A stretch of 64,000 bases of DNA from Chlorobiota bacterium (GTDB lineage Bacteria > Bacteroidota > Ignavibacteria > OLB7), in NCBI GenBank assembly GCA_016710285.1, contig JADJXR010000001.1:3373338-3437337 (forward strand), given 5' to 3'. Shown here in pieces: positions 19,300 through 29,902 of the stretch. The translations under genes and the position numbers were made by a program. The notes under the pieces were generated by a model that was not told where the DNA came from, searched no databases, and saw only the letters and a list, made by a program, of their open reading frames with translations. How positions within the stretch are numbered: position 1 is the first letter of the stretch; every line of letters starts with the position of its first letter.

Positions 19300-21038
19300 G
19301 CTAACTCCTGTTCTAATCCGGTTTGAAGCAGTTGGTAGTATCGTGATGTCGTGTCCATCTCCAGCAGCTCGCGCTTGCCATGCTCGCGCACGTGTCCATC
19401 TTCAAGAATCATGATCTCATCGGCGCGGGCCACGGTCGAGAGGCGGTGGGCGATGATGATTGCCGTGCGGTTCTGCGTCAGCCGCGCCATTGCCCCTTCC
19501 AGAAGCTGCTCGGTTGCGCGGTCCATCTTTGATGATGGCTCGTCAAGAATCACCAATCCGGGGTCGCGAAGGAACAGCCGCGCAAAGCTGAGCAACTGCG
19601 CTTCCCCCGCCGAAAACCCGCCGCCACCGGTTGCCAGCACCGTATCCAGCCCATCGCTGAAACGGCCAAACCAGTTACGCAGCCCAAGCAGGTCCGCCAC
19701 CTCCCAGATTCTGCTGTCGGGGATGGAGTCGTCGAACCACGTAAGGTTTTGGCGAAGCGTGGCATGGAACAACTGCACATCCTGCGTCACCATTCCGATG
19801 CCGCTGCGAAGGTCGCGCTGGCGAACGTCGCGAAGGTCGTTCCCGTCAATCAGCACCGCGCCCGAGGTTGGGTCGTACAGCCGGAAGAGCAATCGGGTCA
19901 GCGTGGATTTCCCGCTTCCGGTTCGCCCCAGCAGCCCCACCACCGTCCCCGGCTTCAGCGTGAAGTTGATCCCTTTCAGGACCGGGCGTTGGCCGTAGGC
20001 AAAGGTGAGGTTATGGAAGCGGACCTCCATCGCTCCGTTGTGGGGAAGTGGCAAATGGCCATCCTTCATGCTGGCGCGTTCCCTCATCATCTCCTCCACG
20101 CGGCCCACCGCTGCGCCGGCCTTCTGCAGGTCCTGCATCTGGTGGGTGATCTGCTCGATTGGCGTGCGGAGCAGATCGGTGTATTGGAAGATCAGATAGA
20201 CCGTGCCGATCATAATGGTTCCCCCCTGGAACAGCCAGATTCCAAGCCCCAGCGCAAGCACGTCGCCAATGGCGAACAGGCCCATCACCGCCACCCACAT
20301 CACCGAGCGTTTCAGCCAGGCGTTTTTTCCGGTTCGGGCAACGCCCCCCATCACTTGGTGGAAGCGGCGCATGGTGTAGGATCCGCCACCGTTTGCGCGG
20401 ATGTCGTCAATGCCGGCAAGGCGTTCTTCAAGGAATCCGTACAGATCCGCGCTGGCTTGGCGTTCCTGGGCCGAGGCCGCCACCGCGTAATCGCGAAGGC
20501 TGTTCAGCACCAGCGCGGCGCAAATGGTGAAGGCGGTCAGAGCCGCGCCAACAATCGGGTCCTCGCGGAAGAGCATCACCAGCGCGCCCACCAGCAGCAG
20601 CGCGCTTCCCAGAACCTTTACCACGAATTGGGAGAAGAAGTTGGAAAGGGCGGTGATGTCGCCATCAATCCGCTCGATCATTTCGCCCGGGGTGCGTTCG
20701 TTGTGGTATCCCATGTCAAGCCGCAGGGCGTGCTCGGCCATGTCTTGGCGCAGCATGTTGGTGGCGCGCCAGCCCACATCGGCCCCCACGTAGGTGGCCA
20801 GCATGGAAAGCCCTTGCGTGCCAATCGCGGCGGCAAGGAATAGGAGGGCGGTGATAACCAGTTCGGTCCCATCCCCTCCGGTTTGAACGGTATTGATAAA
20901 GTGCCGCAGGATTTGCGGATTCAGCAGCTGAAGTCCGATTCCGGCAAGTAGCAGCAGGAACAGCGCGGCGGCTTTTTTCCATTGCGGCCGCAAGTACTTC
21001 AGGAAAATGTCAGCATATCGCCGTAGTGAAATCTTCAT
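19296..21038 (-). CDS. ABC transporter ATP-binding/permease protein (type I exporter, heterodimer partner)
   Basis: Walker [11 protein letters not shown], signature FSAGEAQLL, Walker [10 protein letters not shown]. The likely start is MKISLRRY at 21038; the ORF track begins further upstream. Confidence 0.9.
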   Translation of the reverse strand: MKISLRRYADIFLKYLRPQWKKAAALFLLLLAGIGLQLLNPQILRHFINTVQTGGDGTELVITALLFLAAAIGTQGLSMLATYVGADVGWRATNMLRQDMAEHALRLDMGYHNERTPGEMIERIDGDITALSNFFSQFVVKVLGSALLLVGALVMLFREDPIVGAALTAFTICAALVLNSLRDYAVAASAQERQASADLYGFLEERLAGIDDIRANGGGSYTMRRFHQVMGGVARTGKNAWLKRSVMWVAVMGLFAIGDVLALGLGIWLFQGGTIMIGTVYLIFQYTDLLRTPIEQITHQMQDLQKAGAAVGRVEEMMRERASMKDGHLPLPHNGAMEVRFHNLTFAYGQRPVLKGINFTLKPGTVVGLLGRTGSGKSTLTRLLFRLYDPTSGAVLIDGNDLRDVRQRDLRSGIGMVTQDVQLFHATLRQNLTWFDDSIPDSRIWEVADLLGLRNWFGRFSDGLDTVLATGGGGFSAGEAQLLSFARLFLRDPGLVILDEPSSKMDRATEQLLEGAMARLTQNRTAIIIAHRLSTVARADEIMILEDGHVREHGKRELLEMDTTSRYYQLLQTGLEQELA

Positions 21039-21858
21039 GGAACGTCTCTCTTTCTCCAGATGTTGGTGTGATGAAAAACAGCGGAGTCGCGTGCGAAGCA
21101 ATGGCACAGCCCGTGCCGTAGTGTCACGCGATGGTCAACCTGGGCAACGTGTGATGCCGGTTGCGATGGTACTCTGGTTCCGTCAGTCGGTTAAAAAAAG
21201 AGCGGCGTATGTTGGGCGGCGAATGCTCAAGCAGAAGCAGGTATGCCAGAAGGCAACGTCCGCAGCGAAGGGCTGGTGTTCTGCGGCAGGTGTAGCGTGG
21301 GAAGAAGCGGGGTGGTGCTGCGGATTGCAGCGAATACAACGCTTCTGTGGCCTGCGTAGAACAGCCCCCAGCGCGTTGTAGCCAAATGGGAAAACGGGTC
21401 TTCCGATGAACTTACGCCCTGAGCGCCATAACCGAATTGCGTGGTCGCGATGCGAATGCGGTGGTAATGATGGTAAATAACATGGCAACAGCCTCCTTAT
21501 GGTTTGAACGTATGACTCGCCCCGGCTCATGGCGCACCTTGCACCCGCCCCGGCAGCGTGATGTTGCCCCAAACACAAAAATCAGGCCAAAGTTTCCGGG
21601 GGAGGTTTTTACTGATTGTTCGGCAAGCTATAAGCCTGTGCAGCTGGTTGTACATTTGCGGCCTCTTTGTACATTGGGGTGGTTCTTCATCGAACCATTG
21701 TCAGAGTCGGCATCTCAGGGTGCCCGCAAGAACATCACACATCACGCTGACCAAGCCCGACACCTATCGAACGTAGCGCACAGGCAATCACGCAAAAGAC
21801 TGGGATATGTTCGTGGGGAGTCTGAATGTATAGGGTACGGTAGATAAATTCAAATCAA

Positions 21859-23733
21859 ATGATGAACAACACAACACTAACCACTGGGAAGAAATACATC
21901 AAGGATATTTTTAGTGCTGAACAGTTTTTTAATATTCCAGAATATCAACGACCTTATGTCTGGGGGGATGAACAAATTAGTGCATTCCTTGAAGATGTAA
22001 GCAAGGCAATGGAAACTGACAGCAATAAAGAGTATTTCCTTGGCTGCATGATTTGGAACACTCGACAAGAAAGAGCGAGTAGAAATATTGAGTATGTATA
22101 TCAAGATATTTTAGACGGGCAGCAACGATTCATTACTTTATTTTTATTACATGGAGTTATTAGGGACATTTCGATCGAAGTTAAGCTTCAAGAGAATGTT
22201 CAAAAACGGCTTATTCAAGAGGCAGATGATTATAATAATATTCCTGCACGAAATAGAATTGAATTTGAAATACGAGACGATAAAGACTTTTTAGATAATT
22301 ATGTTATTAATTTAGGAGGCACTCTCAAGGTTAACGAAATTGAAGACGTTATCAATAGTCCAAAATCTGGTGCTTCAATAAAAAATATGGCATCAGGGAT
22401 TTTAATAATGAAAAAATGGTGGATTTATAAATTTAGTGAAAATCAAGGAAGTGAGGAAAAATATTTGGCCGATTTCTATAAATATCTTTCAACTAAAGTA
22501 CTTGCACTTTACTTAGCTACACCAAACAATCTAGATGATGCTTATAATTTATTTACTGTGTTAAACAGCAGAGGGCTCCAACTGCAGGTAAGTGATATTT
22601 TAAGAGCACAAAATCTGAGAGTAATCGAGAATGATGAATTGAGAAAGCTATACGCTTCAAAATGGTCTGATTTCGAAAATTCAATTGCGGCTCCTTACAA
22701 AGGATTCGATGATTTTCTTTGGTCACTGGTGTTTATTAAGATGAAATATCGTAGCGATGACAACAAAAGTTTGACTAAAGCATTTGAGTTTATGTTCAAA
22801 CGCAACATGCTCACAAAGGGGACGGACACTCTTGACTATGTCGGTAAGTATTTGAAGCACTATGAAGCCATCACTAACGGTAGTATAACGAACAGAGAAA
22901 GTCTAAACCTTTTTAGTAATCTAAATTTTATTCTTTCAAGTGTTTATGGTAGTCAATATATCACTCCTCTCATGCATTATCGTGAATGCTTTGGTGATAC
23001 AAGAATTGTCGAATTCTTAATCAAAATTGACAATCTGTTTTCGATTGGCTGGTTGTTGGGTCGCAGGCAGTCGTCAACAAGAACTTTTATTATCCTTCGT
23101 AAAATTGAATCATATTCTGATTTGGTGAAAAAGAAAGAATTAACGATAGACGAAGCGGTCGAAGATTTGCTCAATGATCCATGCTTACAATATGATTTTT
23201 ATGATGATGAAATTTCCTCAGATAAACCAATTGATATTGATGATTTTGCTATTCTACTTAACACCGAAAAATGGGGGAGCTTTTCCGGTACAAGAATCAA
23301 CAAGACAAGATACTTACTGTTAAAAATGGATTTGATTATGGGTAATCCATCAACTATTCTGCAATACAACAAAGATTCATCTTCTATTGAGCATTTGATG
23401 CCACAGAAAATTGAGGGGACACAATGGACTGTTCATCCAGCAAAACATAAAGAGTGGGTTCATAGATTGGGCAACCTTGTACTTATTGATAAAAACAAAA
23501 ATTCATCATTAAGTAATAAGCTGTTCAATGAGAAAAAAACAAAATATCATGGAGCAATTGAAACAAGAGCCAATACGAATTTCATTTTTATTGCTAATCT
23601 GAATTGGGACATTGATGCAATTAAAGCAAACCAAGAACGAACAATAGACCTGTTGATGCAATACTATAAAGGCAATAGTCTGAAATCCTTTCTGCAAATC
23701 AAAAAAAATATAAACTCTACTGTGTTATTATAA
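21859..23733 (+). CDS. GmrSD-family type IV (modification-dependent) restriction endonuclease, DUF262 plus DUF1524
   Basis: N-terminal DUF262/ParB-like motifs (FNIPEYQRPYVWGDEQ, ILDGQQRFITLFLL). C-terminal DUF1524/His-Me finger-like (IEHLMPQK...W...HRLGNLVLIDKNKN). GC is about 33%. Confidence 0.85.
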   Translation: MMNNTTLTTGKKYIKDIFSAEQFFNIPEYQRPYVWGDEQISAFLEDVSKAMETDSNKEYFLGCMIWNTRQERASRNIEYVYQDILDGQQRFITLFLLHGVIRDISIEVKLQENVQKRLIQEADDYNNIPARNRIEFEIRDDKDFLDNYVINLGGTLKVNEIEDVINSPKSGASIKNMASGILIMKKWWIYKFSENQGSEEKYLADFYKYLSTKVLALYLATPNNLDDAYNLFTVLNSRGLQLQVSDILRAQNLRVIENDELRKLYASKWSDFENSIAAPYKGFDDFLWSLVFIKMKYRSDDNKSLTKAFEFMFKRNMLTKGTDTLDYVGKYLKHYEAITNGSITNRESLNLFSNLNFILSSVYGSQYITPLMHYRECFGDTRIVEFLIKIDNLFSIGWLLGRRQSSTRTFIILRKIESYSDLVKKKELTIDEAVEDLLNDPCLQYDFYDDEISSDKPIDIDDFAILLNTEKWGSFSGTRINKTRYLLLKMDLIMGNPSTILQYNKDSSSIEHLMPQKIEGTQWTVHPAKHKEWVHRLGNLVLIDKNKNSSLSNKLFNEKKTKYHGAIETRANTNFIFIANLNWDIDAIKANQERTIDLLMQYYKGNSLKSFLQIKKNINSTVLL

Positions 23734-23809
23734 TTACTACCTCACCTTACGCAAGACCAAGCGGTATCTGGGAAATTGGGCATCCATGGCGTTCCATCAA
23801 GAATGCTCG

Positions 23810-24346
23810 TTACTCATGCTGAACCCTGTTGCAGTAAGGGCGAAACCGCTCCCTCATCCGAAACCGCTTCCCGATTTCCTCGCCAACGCTCATTAAGCAA
23901 CGGGTTTCTTCTTCGGTGAACTCATGCTCGGCTGGTTTGGCTATTCCAAGCGTGCCAAGCAGTTCTCCGTCCAGCATGATCGGAACGGTGATGGAGCCTT
24001 CCACCCCGGTCTCCCGCGCCGATGGTTTTGCAACGCCCGAGGCATCGGTCTGCAGGTTGCAGACCTGCACCGGAGCGCGCCGCTCGGCAGCAAGCCCGGC
24101 CATCCCTTTTCCGATGGGGATGGCTGACACTTTCTGCAGCAACATCGGGGGAATCCCAATCTCCGCCTCCAATCGCAAAAGGTTCGCCAGCTGGTCAAGG
24201 CGATGGATGGAGCCAACCACGCCCCCATATTCCTGAAGCACAAGCTCCAGCACGTTGCGGAGTTGGCGATCGGCGGGAAGGTCCGCTGTGAAGGCTGCGT
24301 GAACCGATTCCAGAAGCTCGGCGCAGCGTAGTTGTTTGGTGTCCAT
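23810..24346 (-). CDS. GAF domain-containing protein
   Basis: GAF-like core (VGSIHRLD...ITVPIMLDGELLGTLGIAKP). ATG at 24346 is assumed; the ORF track uses a GTG at 24439, 3 nt after the upstream gene stop. Confidence 0.65.
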   Translation of the reverse strand: MDTKQLRCAELLESVHAAFTADLPADRQLRNVLELVLQEYGGVVGSIHRLDQLANLLRLEAEIGIPPMLLQKVSAIPIGKGMAGLAAERRAPVQVCNLQTDASGVAKPSARETGVEGSITVPIMLDGELLGTLGIAKPAEHEFTEEETRCLMSVGEEIGKRFRMRERFRPYCNRVQHE

Positions 24347-24442
24347 GTCGGTAACGGTTGATTGGTTGATCGTTGCTGATTTCTGGCAAACTCTGCCAGT
24401 GAGGTTGAGCAATGGCTCAGCGTCTCCGCTCCCGGCCACGCA

Positions 24443-26089
24443 TCATGGCTGAATCACCACAAACCGGGATCCATCAAAGATGATGGAGCGATGCCGCTTC
24501 CGGCTTGGAAGCGGAGCGGTGATCGCGCTTGGCTGGCCACTTTCCGAAACGCGGTTAATGGTAACGGTCCCGCTTCCTGCATCGGTCTCCACCTGCGCGG
24601 CCATTCGTCCGTTGTCCGCCTGGAGGGCGTTTCCCCCCAGCAAAAAATATCCGCCATCATCGGCAGAAAGATGGATGTTTCCCCGGGCAGAGTCGTAGCG
24701 GTAACTGATGCGCGACGGGTAGCGGTCGGCCACAAATCTTCCCCATGTTCCCACCACAAGGCTATCGTTCCCCAATGCCCGTTGCAGTGTTTTCTGGAAC
24801 CCAAGATGAAACACCGGAACCGTTTGGATACGGGCAAGCAAGGATGCAACGTAGATCGTGTCGGCCCCGCTGCTGCCGCGAAGGTCACGGCGAAGCTGGA
24901 CCACCAGCGAATCGGCAATGCGGCTTGCAAAAATCCACTGGGCGGTGGCAAGCAGAAGCACCACGGCGTACAGCAGGGCAACGCCCCCGGCCAGCGCGGC
25001 GCGCAATCGCCAGCGGTGCGGGGCAAGCTGGCCAATCGCCCACGCAAGCCCAATGCTGAACCCCACCGAGGGGATGTAGAGATACCACCGCATCATCAAC
25101 CGCGAAACGGGAAGGAGGGAAAGAAGCACCCACGCAGCCGGAAGCAGCAACGGAAGAAGCCGCCCCCGATTCCGCCACGCGGCCCACGCAGCGGCAGCGG
25201 CCACAATGGCCCCGCCCCCGGCGACCGCTGTTGGATGCGCGGCCAGCAATCCTTGCAACTGATAAAGCCCCGTTGGAATAACCAGCGCAGCAAGGAACAT
25301 CCCCAAGTTGCGGGCAAGGTGCAGGATGTTGGTATCGGTGTGGGGGCCGTTTCCGCCGAACAGCATATTGTTCTCCAGCAGCAGCCAGCGCGCCGCCACA
25401 ACGCCAGCGGCAAGAAGGAAGAATGGAGCGACGATCCGAAAAGTCCGATTCGGCTGCCACCGAACCCCTTGCTTACGGTCAACCCACCACGCCACCGGGA
25501 CAAGAATGAGCGGAAGGGAAAAGGCCATCTCCTTGGAAAGAAGTGCCAGCAACATCAGCAGCAACGCCAAGCATTGATCCCTCCATTTGTTGCTTCTGGC
25601 ATATGTGGTCAGGCTGCAGACCGAGCCAAGATAGAAGACAGCGCAAAGCAAATCGGTGCGGCCCGGAATCCAAAGGATGGAGGTTTCGTGGACCGGAAGC
25701 AGCCCAAAAAAAAGCGCGGCAGCAAACGGAACAAAGGGGGCGCCGAACCACCGCTCCGCCAACCGAAACACCAACCCCGTGGCCAGAAGATGAAGCAGCA
25801 GATTCGTCAGCCGGAAGCCGACGGGGTTCCAGCCCCACAGCCAAAAATCCACCGCGCTGGAAAGCTCGCTTAGCGGGCGGTAGTAATCCTCGGTGATCCC
25901 CGCGCTTGTCAGCAGCCGCAGCGGGTCGGGGGCGTTGTCGCGGAAGAAGAGGCTGATATAGGCCGCGTCGTCGTTGATAAACCCAATCCAGAGCATCGGC
26001 AGAAGCAGCAACGCCGTGGCCCCAATCACGACCGCAAGCTGCACGGAGCGATGTTGCAGGAAAGGGGGAGCGATCGAGCGGATGGCCAT
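24443..26089 (-). CDS. GT-C superfamily membrane glycosyltransferase (ArnT/PMT-like)
   Basis: Polytopic membrane protein with the periplasmic-loop DD motif (FINDDAAY) typical of GT-C enzymes, and a C-terminal soluble domain. Confidence 0.65.
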   Translation of the reverse strand: MAIRSIAPPFLQHRSVQLAVVIGATALLLLPMLWIGFINDDAAYISLFFRDNAPDPLRLLTSAGITEDYYRPLSELSSAVDFWLWGWNPVGFRLTNLLLHLLATGLVFRLAERWFGAPFVPFAAALFFGLLPVHETSILWIPGRTDLLCAVFYLGSVCSLTTYARSNKWRDQCLALLLMLLALLSKEMAFSLPLILVPVAWWVDRKQGVRWQPNRTFRIVAPFFLLAAGVVAARWLLLENNMLFGGNGPHTDTNILHLARNLGMFLAALVIPTGLYQLQGLLAAHPTAVAGGGAIVAAAAAWAAWRNRGRLLPLLLPAAWVLLSLLPVSRLMMRWYLYIPSVGFSIGLAWAIGQLAPHRWRLRAALAGGVALLYAVVLLLATAQWIFASRIADSLVVQLRRDLRGSSGADTIYVASLLARIQTVPVFHLGFQKTLQRALGNDSLVVGTWGRFVADRYPSRISYRYDSARGNIHLSADDGGYFLLGGNALQADNGRMAAQVETDAGSGTVTINRVSESGQPSAITAPLPSRKRHRSIIFDGSRFVVIQP

Positions 26090-26214
26090 GCGGAAAATCA
26101 GCGGGAAAATGTGCGTTGGCTTAAAAATCCAGTAGCAAGCAATCGGTTCCGGGGCGTAAATTCATCCCCGTTGTAGGATTGAAAGAACTGATCGAGAGGA
26201 CGTAGCTTCTACCC

Positions 26215-28440
26215 ATGAGCAAAGTAAGAACCGGAGGCGGTTTTGCCTCCATTGGATACACAATTCAAAAAGCGTTTGCGGCCGACGGCGGGCCGATAGA
26301 GTTTTGGCGGCGAATGAAATCGCGTAACGCCTGCAAGACCTGTGCCTACGGAATGGGAGGGCAGCGTGGCGGGATGACCAACGAGGCGGGCCAGTTCCCG
26401 GAGTTCTGCAAAAAAAGCGTCCAGGCAATGGCCGCCGATATGCAGCCCCCAATCGCCCCCGATTTCTTCAACCAATACTCCGTTTCCGAACTTGCCAAGC
26501 TAAGCCCGCGCCAGCTGGAGAATCTGGGCCGCCTTTCCTATCCGATCATCCATCGTGCGGGTGAGGACCGCTACTGCCGGTTGGAGTGGGAGGAAGCGTT
26601 TGGGCTGATTGCCGGGGCGATGAAAGGGACCGATCCTTCCCGCTCCTTTTTTTATTCATCGGGAAGAAGCAGCAACGAGGCCGCGTTCCTGCTGCAATGG
26701 TTGGCGCGGGTGTATGGGACCAACAACGTCAACAACTGCTCGTTCTACTGCCACCAAGCCAGCGGCGTTGGGTTGGCGCGGAGTATCGGGTCGGGGACGG
26801 CAACCGTCACGTTGGAGGATGTTGAGCATTCCGATTTTGTGCTGCTGATTGGCGCAAACCCGGCAAGCAACCACCCCCGGCTTATCACAACGCTGGTGGG
26901 AATTCGGGCACGCGGAGGGAAAGTGGTGGTGGTGAACCCGCTGCGGGAGACCGGGTTGGAGCGTTTCAACGTTCCATCGCGGGTTGGTTCGCTGCTGTTT
27001 GGCTCGCAGGTGAACGACCTCTACATCCAGCCACGAATCGGCGGCGACATCCCTTTTCTGAAAGGAGTCCTCAAGGCTGTTATTGCATTTTCGGAAACCA
27101 ACACTGAGTTCATCGAACGCTACACCAGCGGCTGGGAAGAACTGGCCGCGTCGCTGCGGGAAGAATCGCTGGAAGATTTGGCTGCCAATGCCGGGGTGAG
27201 TGTGGGGTTGATCCAGAGCGTCGCGAAAATGTACGCCAGCGCCAACAACGCCGTTTTTATGTGGGCCATGGGGATCACCCACCACGAGCATGGGGCCGAC
27301 AACGTGCTGGCCATTGCCAACCTTGCGCTTGCACGCGGCATGGTGGGCCGCCGGAACGCAGGCTTGATGCCAATCCGTGGCCACTCGAACGTGCAAGGAA
27401 TCGGCTCAGTCGGGTTCGCCCCCGACCTGAAAGAAGGATTCTTGAAAGCGATGGAGGAATTGTACGGGCTTCCCTTGCCACGCGGAAAAGGGATGGACTC
27501 CATCCGCTCGCTTCACGCCGCCGGGCGCGATGAAATTGATGTGGCGATTCTTCTTGGCGGCAACTTCTACGCCGCAAGCCCCGACCTTGCCTACGCCGGG
27601 CGTGCGCTGGGCCGCATTCGCCACTGCGTCACCATCAGCACAAAGCTGAATCAAGGCCATGTTTGCGTTGCGCCGCAGCGGGAAGGGGGGTGGGCAATCG
27701 TGCTGCCAACCGTTGTGCGCGATGAAGAGATGCAGGCCACCACGCAGGAGAGCATGTTCAGTTTTGTTCGCCTGTCCGATGGCGGGATGCGCAGGCCGTT
27801 GGGGGACCTCCGTTCGGAAGTGGAGATTATCACCACCATTGGCGGCCATTTGCTTCCCGATGGGCCGATTGATTTCCGCGCGCTGCGGAACCACGATGCC
27901 GTGCGGCGGGTGATGGCCCAAGTGGTTCCGGGATACGACAAGGTTGCGGAGATTGGCCGCACCAAACATGAGTTCCATGTGAAAGATCGCGTGCGCCACC
28001 ATCCAGAGTTTCCGTTTCCCGACGGGCGTGCGCGGTTCGTTGCGGTCCCCACACCCCCCGACGACCGCAGCCCCGGCCAGCTCCGCTTGATGACCATCCG
28101 TTCGGAGGGGCAATTCAACACGGTGGTGTATGAAGAACATGATCGTTACCGCAATCAACCGGCGCGGGATGTTATCTTGCTCCATCCCCACGATATGGGG
28201 CGGTTGGGGATAGCCGAAGGGGAGCGCATCACCGTGGTTTCGGCCACCGGAGCAATGCCAAACATCATGGCCGTGGCGTTCTCCATCGCCGAAGGATGCG
28301 CGGCCATGTACTATCCCGAGGCAAACGTCCTGGTCCCAACTTCTGTAGATTCCGCCAGCGGTACTCCGGCATTCAAAAACGTGCTGGTGACGCTGGTGCC
28401 AAGCCAAAGCGGAACCGAGCACAAACCGCAAACCTGGTAA
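26215..28440 (+). CDS. FdhF/YdeP-family molybdopterin oxidoreductase alpha subunit
   Basis: Cys cluster CKTCAYGMGG. FYSSGRSSNEAAFLLQ...CSFYCHQASGVGL and the MGITHHEHG region match YdeP-type formate-dehydrogenase-like enzymes. Confidence 0.9.
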   Translation: MSKVRTGGGFASIGYTIQKAFAADGGPIEFWRRMKSRNACKTCAYGMGGQRGGMTNEAGQFPEFCKKSVQAMAADMQPPIAPDFFNQYSVSELAKLSPRQLENLGRLSYPIIHRAGEDRYCRLEWEEAFGLIAGAMKGTDPSRSFFYSSGRSSNEAAFLLQWLARVYGTNNVNNCSFYCHQASGVGLARSIGSGTATVTLEDVEHSDFVLLIGANPASNHPRLITTLVGIRARGGKVVVVNPLRETGLERFNVPSRVGSLLFGSQVNDLYIQPRIGGDIPFLKGVLKAVIAFSETNTEFIERYTSGWEELAASLREESLEDLAANAGVSVGLIQSVAKMYASANNAVFMWAMGITHHEHGADNVLAIANLALARGMVGRRNAGLMPIRGHSNVQGIGSVGFAPDLKEGFLKAMEELYGLPLPRGKGMDSIRSLHAAGRDEIDVAILLGGNFYAASPDLAYAGRALGRIRHCVTISTKLNQGHVCVAPQREGGWAIVLPTVVRDEEMQATTQESMFSFVRLSDGGMRRPLGDLRSEVEIITTIGGHLLPDGPIDFRALRNHDAVRRVMAQVVPGYDKVAEIGRTKHEFHVKDRVRHHPEFPFPDGRARFVAVPTPPDDRSPGQLRLMTIRSEGQFNTVVYEEHDRYRNQPARDVILLHPHDMGRLGIAEGERITVVSATGAMPNIMAVAFSIAEGCAAMYYPEANVLVPTSVDSASGTPAFKNVLVTLVPSQSGTEHKPQTW

Positions 28441-28475
28441 GCGGCCAAAACGCTGCGCAACAATTCCGGCCAACT

Positions 28476-29852
28476 ATGAAACCCTTGATTTACGTTGTTG
28501 ACGACGACCACAGCGTTCGCCGCCTGATGGAGCATTGGTTGAAGACCAAATGGGAATACACCATCCAGCTGTTCACCAGCGGGGAGCAATGCCTTGACGC
28601 GTTGGACGCAGGCCCCGACCTTGTTATCCTGGATGTGATGCTTCCCGGAATGAGCGGGGTGGAGACATTGCGGGAAATTCGCAAACGCGACGCTGATCTT
28701 CCGGTGGTCATGCTTTCGGCACAGGGGCAAATTGATGTTGTGGTGGAGACCATCAAGCTGGGAGCAATGGATTATTTCCCCAAAACCATTGACCTGAATA
28801 AACTAGAGCTGGCGGTTCGCAACGCTTTGGAGATGCACTCGCTAAAACGTGAGCTTCATCAACTTCGCGACAGCGTTGCCGAGACCGGTAGTTTTGAGAA
28901 TATCATTGCCTCGGCAGGGCCAATGGAAAATGTGCTGAAGCTGGTGCATAAAGCAAAAAACAGTGATATATCAGTGCTAATCCAGGGGGAAAGTGGAACG
29001 GGAAAAGAGTTGATTGCGCGGGCAATCCATTTTAATGGAAAGCGGAAAAACGGCCCTTTTATTGCTGTCAATTGTGCCGCAATTCCGCGAGACCTGATTG
29101 AGAGCGAAATGTTCGGCCATGAAAAAGGGGCATTTACGGGAGCGGTGGCGCGGAAGATTGGGAAATTCGAGCAAGCCAATGGTGGCACTATTTTTCTTGA
29201 TGAGATTGGGGAGTTGGATATGAACCTGCAAGCCAAATTGCTGCGGGCAATCCAGCAAAAACAGTTCGAGCGTGTTGGCGGGATCGAGGTGCTAACCAGC
29301 GATACGCGCATCGTCTCGGCAACCAACCGCGATTTGGTTAAGGCCAGCCAAAACAAAGAATTCCGGGAAGACTTATACTACCGCCTGGCCTCGTTCCCCA
29401 TTATGCTCCCTCCGCTTCGCGAACGCAGGGCCGACGTGATGCTATTGGCCGAGCATTTTCTGAAAACATACAGCAAGCGTGAAGGGAAAGCAATCCGAAC
29501 AATCTCCCGGAAAGCAATTAAAATGCTGTATGATTACCCCTGGCCCGGCAACGTCCGCGAACTTGAAAGCGCGATAGAGCGGGCGATACTGCTCTGCGAA
29601 GATGATATGATTACCGAAGGAGATTTGCCCCTTGCCGTGCGTGCATTTAGCGAAGGAGCAAGCGTTGCCGTTCCGATGGACTCAGTCTTCGAAAATCAAA
29701 GCATGATTATCCCTCTGGAAACATTAAAGGAGCAGGCGGTGAAGCATGCCTTAAAAGTCACCGAAGGGAATATCCTTGAAGCCGCAAAAAAACTTCGCAT
29801 AAGCCGCTCGACGATGTATGAGATGATAAAAAAATATGACGTGCGGGTGTAA
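28476..29852 (+). CDS. sigma-54-dependent response regulator (NtrC family: receiver + AAA+ + Fis-type HTH)
   Basis: Receiver domain (VVDDDHSV...DVMLPGMSG). AAA+ domain with GESGTGKE and GAFTGA. C-terminal HTH. No adjacent histidine kinase. Confidence 0.9.
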   Translation: MKPLIYVVDDDHSVRRLMEHWLKTKWEYTIQLFTSGEQCLDALDAGPDLVILDVMLPGMSGVETLREIRKRDADLPVVMLSAQGQIDVVVETIKLGAMDYFPKTIDLNKLELAVRNALEMHSLKRELHQLRDSVAETGSFENIIASAGPMENVLKLVHKAKNSDISVLIQGESGTGKELIARAIHFNGKRKNGPFIAVNCAAIPRDLIESEMFGHEKGAFTGAVARKIGKFEQANGGTIFLDEIGELDMNLQAKLLRAIQQKQFERVGGIEVLTSDTRIVSATNRDLVKASQNKEFREDLYYRLASFPIMLPPLRERRADVMLLAEHFLKTYSKREGKAIRTISRKAIKMLYDYPWPGNVRELESAIERAILLCEDDMITEGDLPLAVRAFSEGASVAVPMDSVFENQSMIIPLETLKEQAVKHALKVTEGNILEAAKKLRISRSTMYEMIKKYDVRV

Positions 29853-29902
29853 AAGCGATCATTCTTTCAGCAAGTAGAACCGTACCACAATCGCAATCCC
29901 CA

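Noticed and set aside
19351-20843. Long plus-strand ORFs (215 and 364 aa) antisense to the ABC exporter genes, and similar antisense ORFs inside glcD, the GT-C gene, the YdeP gene and others
   Set aside because: Low-complexity Arg/Ala/Pro-rich translations characteristic of the wrong-frame reading of high-GC coding DNA. The sense genes have clear homology.
21108-21858. ORFs of 131-136 aa in the non-coding stretch upstream of the restriction gene; possible tRNA integration site
   Set aside because: No homology features. No tRNA-like cloverleaf or GTTCGAATC T-loop was found. Treated as non-coding.
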